Virus record (IMG/VR): IMGVR_UViG_3300028591_000184
Location: 9,046-73,045 of that record
Source of the DNA: a virus
Lineage: Duplodnaviria; Caudoviricetes
Reading direction: 5' to 3' (one strand)
Length of the DNA stretch: 64,000 bases
Part shown: positions 56,477 through 64,000 of the stretch, one piece after another
Numbering within the stretch: the stretch's first letter is position 1
How the letters are laid out: every line of letters starts with the position of its first letter
Position numbers and translations under genes: made by a program
The notes under the pieces: model-generated
The model's database searches: none
What the model was told of the DNA's origin: nothing
What the model saw: only the letters and a program-made list of their open reading frames with translations

Positions 56477-57216
56477 ACAAGAAACCAGTCATTCGCGTGA
56501 CGATGATTGAAGCCTTCAGACGCTATCTTGAACAATCAGAATATGCAAACTATGAGATTACCGAACAGTCCGTCATTGACTCAGTAACAGGAGCCTTTAA
56601 GGGCTCAGTATACACGAGGATAGGTACTGCTGTTCACCGAATTATCGAAGAAGGAAATCCTGTTTGCAAGAAGGTGTCAGAAGGCGTGCGTAATTTTACT
56701 TTCAAAGGAAAGCCTGCTACGGAGCCTGTTCCATGCGGGCGTTCCTTTGATGTAGAAGGAAATGATGTTGTTCTCGACATTATGCAGATTAAAACCGCAT
56801 TGGCATATCGAGAGGCATACCCTAATGCTTTTCACGAATTTCGTGAATACAAAGATTACGGGGATTGCGTCGTTACAGGGTGCGCAGATGTCATCAATGG
56901 GACCGAGATACGAGATATTAAAAATAAATTCTCGCAAAATTTCTCAGACCAAGACTATATAGACTCGTGCCAGTGGCGGTTTTACATGGAGTTGTTCGGT
57001 CTCGACACCTTTCATTTCGACTTGTTTGTATTCGATGGCTACGATGCAGATAAACATGGCTACGACGTGAGAGGACTTCCGTTTCACCGACACGACCCTA
57101 TCACCTGCTACAATTACTCATTGTTGGAACAAGACAACCGTCGCCTGCTCTCAGAATTTCTCCTGTGGGCGAAGACGAGAGAATTAACCCAGTATTTAAC
57201 ATTTAAAGAAGAATAA
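56473..57216 (+). CDS. PD-(D/E)xK exonuclease-like recombination protein
   Basis: GTAVH, GCADVI, DIKNK, QWRFY motifs; coupled to the ATPase. Confidence 0.7.
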   Translation: MNKKPVIRVTMIEAFRRYLEQSEYANYEITEQSVIDSVTGAFKGSVYTRIGTAVHRIIEEGNPVCKKVSEGVRNFTFKGKPATEPVPCGRSFDVEGNDVVLDIMQIKTALAYREAYPNAFHEFREYKDYGDCVVTGCADVINGTEIRDIKNKFSQNFSDQDYIDSCQWRFYMELFGLDTFHFDLFVFDGYDADKHGYDVRGLPFHRHDPITCYNYSLLEQDNRRLLSEFLLWAKTRELTQYLTFKEE

Positions 57217-57218
57217 AA

Positions 57219-57551
57219 ATGGAAATAAAAGGTAAGATAATAAAAGTATTAGAAGCAAAAAACGGAGTATCGACAAAGACTGGCAATCCGTGGGCGATGC
57301 AGGAATATGTCATCGAGATACCTGGTCAGTTTCCTAAAAAGATTGCGTTTACCGTATTCGGTGAAGACAAGATAAAGCAGTTTAATATAAAGGTTGGCGA
57401 CGACATTGTCGTTTATATTGATATTGACGCTACTGAGTATAACGGTAAGTGGTACAATCGCATAACGGCATACAACGTAACAAGGGATAGAGCCGCTGAA
57501 CCACCACTACCGATGCCGACAACGGAAAACACAAACGACCTCCCTTTCTAA
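57219..57551 (+). CDS. DUF3127 single-stranded DNA-binding protein
   Basis: MEIKGKIIKVLE...GNPWAMQEYVIE...DLPF tail. Confidence 0.85.
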   Translation: MEIKGKIIKVLEAKNGVSTKTGNPWAMQEYVIEIPGQFPKKIAFTVFGEDKIKQFNIKVGDDIVVYIDIDATEYNGKWYNRITAYNVTRDRAAEPPLPMPTTENTNDLPF

Positions 57552-57557
57552 TAGACA

Positions 57558-57995
57558 ATGCGCTACGATTTGAACAATCCGTTGTCCGTCACAGATGCTC
57601 GCCTGAAGCTTGAGTGCCTTATTAAACGCAAGGCGGTGGTAGAACTGACAGAAAAGAAGCAGCGCACTCTCTCGCAGAATGCTTACCTCCATGTTCTGTT
57701 GTCCTACCTCGCCTTGAGAACAGGTAATACGCTCGATTACGTCAAGCGCAACTACTATAAGGTACATTGCAATCCAGAGCTGTTTATCATCGAGAAAGAT
57801 GATGAAGTGTTGCACCGAAAGGTTAAGACACTACGGTCGTCTACAGACCTGACAAAAGAAGAAATGTCTCTTTCGATAGATAGACTACGAAACTGGAGCC
57901 AGCTTGAAGCTGAGATATATCTTCCAACAGCCGAAGAAGGACAATATCTCCGTGAATTGGAAATGCAGATTGAACAAGCGAAACAATGGTTGTGA
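57558..57995 (+). CDS. NinB-like recombination protein
   Basis: RTLSQNAYLH and SSTDLTKEEMS motifs. Confidence 0.75.
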   Translation: MRYDLNNPLSVTDARLKLECLIKRKAVVELTEKKQRTLSQNAYLHVLLSYLALRTGNTLDYVKRNYYKVHCNPELFIIEKDDEVLHRKVKTLRSSTDLTKEEMSLSIDRLRNWSQLEAEIYLPTAEEGQYLRELEMQIEQAKQWL

Positions 57996-58381
57996 CCTTT
58001 GACATATTTACATACAAAGTGTACGATGATATTACAGCGTGAAGACCGCTATCGCCCAGTGTTGTCTAAAATATGTGTTATATCACAGGCGATTAAGTTT
58101 TCGGTGCTTATGTGCCGATGTAATTCAAATGCAAACTTTCGGGTAGGGATTGGCCATACAAATCCCCTAAGAATTTCCTCCGTAACTTGGCGAGTATAAA
58201 GCAAGGTGCAAACCCATATCCGTACACTTGCATACAAAAATTGTGAATATACAGTCAATGAGTTACATCATAAAGATGTTATAGCCCGTGAGGGTCGTTA
58301 TATTTTGTTATGTTTATTTAGTGGTTAATTTTAGTTTAGTCAGATTTAGTTTTTTTTTGCCCTACAGCGGTAGGGCACTCT

Positions 58382-58455
58382 GGACTCTTAGCTCAGTTGG
58401 TCAGAGTAGCACACTCATGATGTGAAGGTCGTGGGTTCAAGTCCCTCAGAGTCCA
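58382..58455 (+). tRNA. tRNA with CAU anticodon (Ile2 or Met)
   Basis: full cloverleaf: GGACTCT/AGAGTCC-A, D arm GCTC/GAGT, loop CTCATGA, T arm TTCAAGT; CCA not encoded. Confidence 0.85.
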
Positions 58456-58498
58456 CAAAAATAAAAGAATTGGTAATTAAATTAAAGGAGAAATAAAT

Positions 58499-58813
58499 AT
58501 GAAAGCGAGAATAAAGAAAACAGGTGAGATTATTGGGATTGCAGACTATGCTACCATTACTCTTGACGCTCATGATTCTTGGGGTAATCCGATAGAAATG
58601 AAACCAGAAGATATAGAACTAATTCAAGAACAAACAGAAGATGAACATTGGCAGGATGTAAGAGAACGTGCTGCCATTGCTGCTATGCAAGGAGTTATGA
58701 ACTTCTTTGGTTCTATTGACTATAACAGAGATACTATTGCAAAGCTTGCAGTAGAGCAAGCTGATGCGTTAATTGATATATTAAAGACGGAAGCAAATGA
58801 AATATCCAGATAG
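58499..58813 (+). CDS. hypothetical protein
   Basis: ORF track. Confidence 0.7.
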   Translation: MKARIKKTGEIIGIADYATITLDAHDSWGNPIEMKPEDIELIQEQTEDEHWQDVRERAAIAAMQGVMNFFGSIDYNRDTIAKLAVEQADALIDILKTEANEISR

Positions 58814-59366
58814 AAATATCGTTTACTCAAGATTATACCACATATATCATAGTATAAAACAAAGGTGTTACTACCCCAAAGCAATAAGTTATAAACGATA
58901 TGGCGAAAAGGGGATAGTGATGTGTGATGAGTGGAAAAATGATTTTATGTCTTTCTACAATTGGGCTATCGCAAATGGTTATTCGGATAACTTGACAATA
59001 GACAGAATAAATTCAAATGGTAATTATGAGCCGTCTAACTGTAGGTGGGTTACATACAAACAACAGGCTAATAATAAAAGTTCAAATGTTTTTTTGTCAT
59101 TAAATGGAATTGTTCATACAATAGCAGAATGGAGTGATGTTACAGGAATACCAAAGAGTGTAATTCAATATCGCAAATACAAAAAGTGGAGTGATGAAAA
59201 AGCACTTAACACACCTGTTAAATATTATAAGAAACAATTTACAAAAGAAGAGATAGAACAGATGAGGAGAGACAAAGAAAATGGCATGTCTTATAAAGAG
59301 CTCGGCATAAAATACAATACAGACAGATGTATAATTTCAAAATTCATAAGAGGAATAAGAAAATAA
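58797..59366 (+). CDS. HNH endonuclease (homing-type)
   Basis: SIKQRC...YGEKGI.MCDEW...TIDRINSNGNYEPSNCRW. Confidence 0.85.
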   Translation: MKYPDRNIVYSRLYHIYHSIKQRCYYPKAISYKRYGEKGIVMCDEWKNDFMSFYNWAIANGYSDNLTIDRINSNGNYEPSNCRWVTYKQQANNKSSNVFLSLNGIVHTIAEWSDVTGIPKSVIQYRKYKKWSDEKALNTPVKYYKKQFTKEEIEQMRRDKENGMSYKELGIKYNTDRCIISKFIRGIRK

Positions 59367-59376
59367 TTAAAAAGAA

Positions 59377-59715
59377 ATGACTATGGCAACAATTAAAGAA
59401 AATTACTGCTCAAAAGAAATATATAGACTTCTTATAGAAAAAGGATTTGATGGAGAAGTTCATACCACCTTTAATAAAGTAGGTTATACACAACCATCTA
59501 TTACGCTACAAATGGCAATGAAGTGGTTGAGAAAAAAGTATTATATTTATGCAGACCCCATAAAACAAGGTAACTATAATGATTGTTCTGAATATTATAC
59601 TTGGATTGTGGCTCGTATGGGTATAATACACAGAAATTCTTCAGTTGCTGATAAGTTGTCTTACGAAGAAGCAGTTGAAGCAGCATTGAAATATTCACTT
59701 GAAAATTTAATTTGA
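59377..59715 (+). CDS. hypothetical protein
   Basis: ORF track. Confidence 0.7.
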   Translation: MTMATIKENYCSKEIYRLLIEKGFDGEVHTTFNKVGYTQPSITLQMAMKWLRKKYYIYADPIKQGNYNDCSEYYTWIVARMGIIHRNSSVADKLSYEEAVEAALKYSLENLI

Positions 59716-59721
59716 ATAATT

Positions 59722-60117
59722 ATGGCAACAATTAAATCATATACTGACTTATCTCAAAGTCGCAAGTTGGCAGAAATATTGCCAATTGAAAGTGCGGATA
59801 TGCACTATTGGTTAGCATGGAGTGGCGGTGTTTCCGAAGAAAAGAGAAATACGCCCAAAGTTGGAACACCTAATAAAGATGCTATTAAAACTTATTGGTG
59901 TCCTTGTTGGTCGCTTGCAAGTTTGATTGGTGTTTTGCCTCGACTCATAGAATTTAAGGATGATAAGTATTATCTTAGATTTATGAAAGAATATGTCGAA
60001 TATGCTAATGATGAAATATCTATTACTGGTAGATGCTTACATACAACGGGTAATAATAACCTTGTTGATGCTTGCGTGGAAATGATTGAAAAATTACATG
60101 AACAAAAACTATTATGA
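59722..60117 (+). CDS. hypothetical protein
   Basis: ORF track. Confidence 0.7.
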   Translation: MATIKSYTDLSQSRKLAEILPIESADMHYWLAWSGGVSEEKRNTPKVGTPNKDAIKTYWCPCWSLASLIGVLPRLIEFKDDKYYLRFMKEYVEYANDEISITGRCLHTTGNNNLVDACVEMIEKLHEQKLL

Positions 60118-60464
60118 TTGAAAGAGAAATAAAGCCGTTTAGACAGAGAAAAGGAACGGCTCAAAGTCAATACTGGTCAGGCGAATTAGCGGAAGCAGGT
60201 GCAGCAGCAAATAGGTTTATTGAAGAAACTATCCGAAAGTATGGATTAAAGAAAGAGGATGGCTACCATACGGAAACAAGAGCCGTTAGTCTTGCTGGAG
60301 TTAATATAAACGATGATACGCATGGTCATTTTAGTGATAACGAGATAACTCAAATACTTGATAAATTCGGAGAGGTTGTTGCTATGGTTTATATTAATCG
60401 TAACGATATGAATTGCGCGGATGTTGTTTTGGTAGATTTATTATACAAACTTAAAAAGTTGTGA
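60114..60464 (+). CDS. hypothetical protein
   Basis: ORF track. Confidence 0.65.
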   Translation: MIEREIKPFRQRKGTAQSQYWSGELAEAGAAANRFIEETIRKYGLKKEDGYHTETRAVSLAGVNINDDTHGHFSDNEITQILDKFGEVVAMVYINRNDMNCADVVLVDLLYKLKKL

Positions 60465-61603
60465 TTATGGACTACGAAAAGAAAATAAAAAACGCTTTGA
60501 ACGATAAATCCATACCATTCGAGGTTCAAGCGTGGTTAGAGGAACAATTCCCCGAACTCAAAAAGAGTTCGGATGAGGAGATAAGGAAAGAATTAATTTC
60601 GTTTTTTACTGAAAGAGCAAAATATACAGAAGATAGTACATTCAACGAATTATCAAGTAAAGAGATTATTGCTTGGCTTGAAAAGCAAGGTGAGCAGAAG
60701 CCTTATGGCCAAAGAAAAAAGTGCTCTGATTGCGAATTTAACTATGCTGGCGAATGTAATGGTTCTTGCCAGATGAAAAGAGATGAACAGAAGCCTGTTG
60801 ATAAGACTGAGCCAAAGTTCCATGAAGGAGAGTGGCGGTGTGAAAATGAACCAAACAATTATGCTCGATTCATACAAATACTTGAAATAGTTAATGTACA
60901 AGGTAAAGAAAGATATAGAATTTCAAGAGACATTCATAAAGATGAAGATATAGTTGAATTTGACTTTGTAAAAAAGTACTATCACAAATTTGACATTAAA
61001 GATGTCAAGGATGGTGACGTACTTGCTGTAGAACAAAGATATGATTATCCTAGTCCTTTTATTGCTATTTGTAAGGAACGTGGATTAGATTTCTTTAACT
61101 CTCATTGTTTTGTCGCGTTTGATGGTAAATTTTATGTCGGAGAAAATGGACATTCGACAGAGGATATTCATCCAGCCACCAAAGAACAGCGTGACACCTT
61201 AACAAAATCAATGGCTGATGCTGGGTGGGAATTTGACTTTGAAAAGAAAGAATTGAAGAAAATGGAATTAAACCCAGATGACCTTATTGAAGAAAGTTAT
61301 CAGCAACAAGCAGATGATTTAATTGATGTGGTCACAGAAAAGTCTGCTTGGAGCGAAGGGGATAAGGACTTCATGTATGATACACTCAGTAATCTCACAG
61401 AACTAAAAGATAGATATGGCGAGGGATATGGCAATGTTGGAAAGTGTATTGACTGGCTCAAATCCCTCAAACAAAGATACACTTGGAAGCCGAGTGAAGA
61501 GCAAATGGATGCTTTATTAGTTAAAATACCAACTGAGAACAGTTGCAACAAAGTTGACAATATCCTCAAGTCGTTATATTCTGATTTAAAAAAACTAAAA
61601 TAA
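60461..61603 (+). CDS. modular hypothetical protein (380 aa)
   Basis: patchwork of short domains including HPATKEQRD..GWEFD and WKPSEEQMDAL. Confidence 0.75.
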   Translation: MIMDYEKKIKNALNDKSIPFEVQAWLEEQFPELKKSSDEEIRKELISFFTERAKYTEDSTFNELSSKEIIAWLEKQGEQKPYGQRKKCSDCEFNYAGECNGSCQMKRDEQKPVDKTEPKFHEGEWRCENEPNNYARFIQILEIVNVQGKERYRISRDIHKDEDIVEFDFVKKYYHKFDIKDVKDGDVLAVEQRYDYPSPFIAICKERGLDFFNSHCFVAFDGKFYVGENGHSTEDIHPATKEQRDTLTKSMADAGWEFDFEKKELKKMELNPDDLIEESYQQQADDLIDVVTEKSAWSEGDKDFMYDTLSNLTELKDRYGEGYGNVGKCIDWLKSLKQRYTWKPSEEQMDALLVKIPTENSCNKVDNILKSLYSDLKKLK

Positions 61604-61750
61604 TAAAGTGTATGGTATATGAAGAGAAAGATGATACTATTCTTGCAAAACGACAAGTATCAGAAAAAATCATTAACAAACGATTTGGTAACTATATATT
61701 TTTATGCGAATGGGTAAAATAGAAACTGAACTTAAAAAGGAGAATAAGCT

Positions 61751-62011
61751 ATGAAAGCAAACGGAGCACCAGAGAAATTGTATATTGACAGTAGAGAGCA
61801 TTGGATGAAGTCATGGACTGCCTTTACAACAAAAGCAAAGAGTGATGATATTGAGTACACTCGAACTGATGCCTTTATTGAGAAGGCTTGCGATGCTTAT
61901 TGCAAGGTATGTAAAATGCCTAATTGTAGGAGAAATGAGTGCAAAATGATTGAGGATTTTAAGAAGTATATGTCGGAAAAAAGAAGGAGGGAAGCGCATG
62001 ACCAAGAATGA
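61751..62011 (+). CDS. hypothetical protein
   Basis: ORF track. Confidence 0.65.
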   Translation: MKANGAPEKLYIDSREHWMKSWTAFTTKAKSDDIEYTRTDAFIEKACDAYCKVCKMPNCRRNECKMIEDFKKYMSEKRRREAHDQE

Positions 62012-62204
62012 AGAAACTATCCTGAACAACCTCGTCAAGACGTTGCAGGACTACGAGAATGAGTGCTATCGACAGATGGCATACATGAATGAGCATAAGT
62101 TTGAGATGGAGCGCGAAGCCATCAGGTACAAGCAACAGGCGTACAACCGCAGTTGGCTGGAGGTGGCGAGTGCTATTGATAAAATCAAAAAGTTGGAGGA
62201 ATAA
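61998..62204 (+). CDS. hypothetical protein
   Basis: start trimmed to MTKNEE. Confidence 0.6.
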   Translation: MTKNEETILNNLVKTLQDYENECYRQMAYMNEHKFEMEREAIRYKQQAYNRSWLEVASAIDKIKKLEE

Positions 62205-62206
62205 AT

Positions 62207-62521
62207 ATGGGACAGTATATAGACAAAGCCGCCGTAGTGGCGGAGATAGAGAGACTTATAGAAAGAGCAAAAGCAGAGAGGGTTCTTTATCCTAAAACTA
62301 TATTAGCAGCAAAAAACTATTTGCTTATAGAAGATTATAATAAATTGCTTTCTTTCCTTGACACCATTCAAGCGAAAGAGGTGAACTTTGAAAAAATGTG
62401 GAAAGAGTATTTCAAGTATAGAGGCGATATAGCAACAGTTAATGTCAAACACCTTGCCAAGCACTTCTTTGAACTTGGTATGTCAGTAAGTAATAAAGCA
62501 CAGAAAGGAGAAAAGATATGA
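62207..62521 (+). CDS. hypothetical protein
   Basis: ORF track. Confidence 0.65.
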   Translation: MGQYIDKAAVVAEIERLIERAKAERVLYPKTILAAKNYLLIEDYNKLLSFLDTIQAKEVNFEKMWKEYFKYRGDIATVNVKHLAKHFFELGMSVSNKAQKGEKI

Positions 62522-62688
62522 GCATTTTTAATTTACCATGTCCACATAATGACAATAAAGAATGTGAGCATTGTCGTGGAATAACAGCACAAGACGGTTG
62601 GAGGTTTAAAGGATGTTATCACCAACCATATAAAGGAAAGTTTATTGGGGAAATAAAAGAGTGTCCTAAAACACAAAAAGGAGAGTAA
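62518..62688 (+). CDS. 56-aa Cys-rich protein
   Basis: ATGA overlap; MSIFNLPCPHNDNKECEHC...; below ORF-track cutoff. Confidence 0.55.
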   Translation: MSIFNLPCPHNDNKECEHCRGITAQDGWRFKGCYHQPYKGKFIGEIKECPKTQKGE

Positions 62689-62691
62689 AAT

Positions 62692-62874
62692 ATGAAACAA
62701 GCAATCTATTTTATCGAGTTATTAGGAATGTTCCTGTTAGGAGCATTGACAGGAATGATTGCTTCGGCTTACATGAAGTCAGAAGATGTTATTGACAACC
62801 ACACCTATAAGAATATTCACGGCACATGGGTACATGACCCAGAGTGTGAATATTGTTATGACATGTTTGATTAA
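62692..62874 (+). CDS. small membrane protein
   Basis: N-terminal TM, HDPECEYC tail. Confidence 0.6.
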   Translation: MKQAIYFIELLGMFLLGALTGMIASAYMKSEDVIDNHTYKNIHGTWVHDPECEYCYDMFD

Positions 62875-62880
62875 ACACGA

Positions 62881-63087
62881 ATGACACGAATTATGACGAT
62901 AAGAAAATACAACAGGGCTTATTGGCATGGCGACCCTTTCATCAGCTTTCGAAGAAATCTATGCCACTGCTCAAATTCTACATGCGGAGCGACGAAACCA
63001 CGCACAACGGGCTTCACCATCTACCTGTGGAAATACAGTATTAACATTGCATTCGAAAGACCGAAAGGTTGCAATGCACCATTTTAA
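62881..63087 (+). CDS. hypothetical protein
   Basis: ORF track. Confidence 0.5.
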   Translation: MTRIMTIRKYNRAYWHGDPFISFRRNLCHCSNSTCGATKPRTTGFTIYLWKYSINIAFERPKGCNAPF

Positions 63088-63099
63088 CGATAACGAATT

Positions 63100-63350
63100 A
63101 TGACAGACGAAAAGAACAGACAGCCAAACATCGAGGTGGTGGATATTGACAGCCTCGTAGCCGACGCCGACTCTACGACGGTGAATTTCAGTTGGCTGGG
63201 CAGGGCTACATGGGGGCGCTGGCAACAGCGAGCGACTCCGACAACTACCGCCCCGCCACTGCTGCCGAGACAAGGCAGATGTGGGAGGCCGTGCAGCGGG
63301 CAGGATATGAGTGGGACGCAGAGAGCGGCAAGCTGTGCGGTATAAAGTAG
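63100..63350 (+). pseudogene. frameshifted hypothetical gene
   Basis: frame A MTDEKN...VADAD; frame B LYDGEF...RPATAAET..AGYEWD..KL* resembles a domain of the 380-aa protein. Confidence 0.5.
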
Positions 63351-63448
63351 GATGCGCTTCGCGCAGAAATTAAACAAAAATTATCATGAAAATTAAAAGG
63401 CTCTGCGAGCCGGAAATTAAGAAAACAACAAAACAAAGAACAAAAGCA

Positions 63449-64000
63449 ATGTACTTTCAGCAACAGATAAACATCACCATCGGCTACCGGGGCGAGCAGT
63501 ACCGGCTGGAGCTGCACCGTGAGCACATGATAGTGCCCCGACGGGGACAGACGTGGCTCATCCACTGCGACAAGTACGGACGCACGGGCACCTCGCAGTG
63601 CTTCGACGTCCTGCGCTTCCGCATCAGCGGCCACCGCAAGCACCGTATGCTCACCACCGACGGCATGACCGTGGAAGCCTGCCGACCGGGCAAGGACTAC
63701 GAGCCGGCTGACACCTTCGCCGTCACCGATGCCGACCGCCTCTCGCACAAGGAGCAGCAGGCCATACAGCTGCTGCAGAGCGTGGCCCGTGGCTACCGGG
63801 GCGAGATAGAAGTGGGCTACAGCGGCGGCAAGGACAGCGACGTCATCCTCGACCTCACGCGGCGCAGCGGCATCCGCTACCGCGCCATCTACCACTCGAC
63901 CACCATCGACCCGCCAGGCACGGCAGGCCATATCCGCCAGGTGGGGGGGGTAGAAACGGTGCGCCCCGAAAAGTCGTTCTTCCAGCTGATAGCCGAGATG
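63449..64000 (+). CDS. PAPS-reductase family protein (partial, runs off window)
   Basis: translated by hand: EVGYSGGKDSDVILDL...YHSTTIDPPGT...VRPEKSFFQLI; absent from the ORF track because it has no stop in the window. Confidence 0.85.
   Translation, partial: MYFQQQINITIGYRGEQYRLELHREHMIVPRRGQTWLIHCDKYGRTGTSQCFDVLRFRISGHRKHRMLTTDGMTVEACRPGKDYEPADTFAVTDADRLSHKEQQAIQLLQSVARGYRGEIEVGYSGGKDSDVILDLTRRSGIRYRAIYHSTTIDPPGTAGHIRQVGGVETVRPEKSFFQLIAEM

Noticed and set aside
63245-63931. 228-aa minus-strand ORF
   Set aside because: Antisense shadow of the GC-rich PAPS-reductase gene on plus
1-64000. Stop-codon reassignment (as in Lak or some crAss-like phages)
   Set aside because: Long core genes are intact in the standard code and many genes end cleanly in TAG or TGA

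Overview
The window is most of the genome of a tailed dsDNA phage, siphovirus-like given its 2200-aa tape measure protein. The host is very probably Bacteroidales (Prevotella-like), inferred from recurrent TAnnTTTG promoters, A-rich leaders without Shine-Dalgarno sites and Bacteroidetes-type gene families. No host chromosomal genes are visible. Layout: 1-28 kb minus strand holds lysis, tail fibre/spike, tail and head genes. 28.4-32.3 kb plus strand holds terminase large subunit, portal and a possible small terminase. 32.3-38.3 kb minus strand holds RuvC-like resolvase, D5/P4-type primase-helicase and dUTPase. 38.3-39.2 kb is an AT-rich control region. 39.2-50.9 kb plus strand is an early region of short genes. 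Then come an iteron-like repeat block, a tyrosine recombinase, a decayed CI/Cro-type switch, a DNA methylase, recombination genes, a tRNA(CAU), an HNH gene and a PAPS-reductase-family gene cut by the window end. The most unusual signal is in the early region: about 20 intergenic elements of the form stop-(T)AGTCT-hairpin-TAACCAAA-ATG delimit nearly every gene. Their stems vary in sequence but stay paired, several share a TTGCAT loop, and the array ends next to the tyrosine recombinase, which suggests a cassette-like system (hypothesis only). Other highlights are an ORF-free array of hairpin-GTACGATAA units, a 91-nt tmRNA tRNA-like-domain mimic, three promoter-driven antisense small RNAs in the late region, a probable G/GT -1 frameshift, and a deletion scar joining a CI HTH to an integrase C-terminus. 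All functional calls come from motif recognition by eye; no database searches were run.
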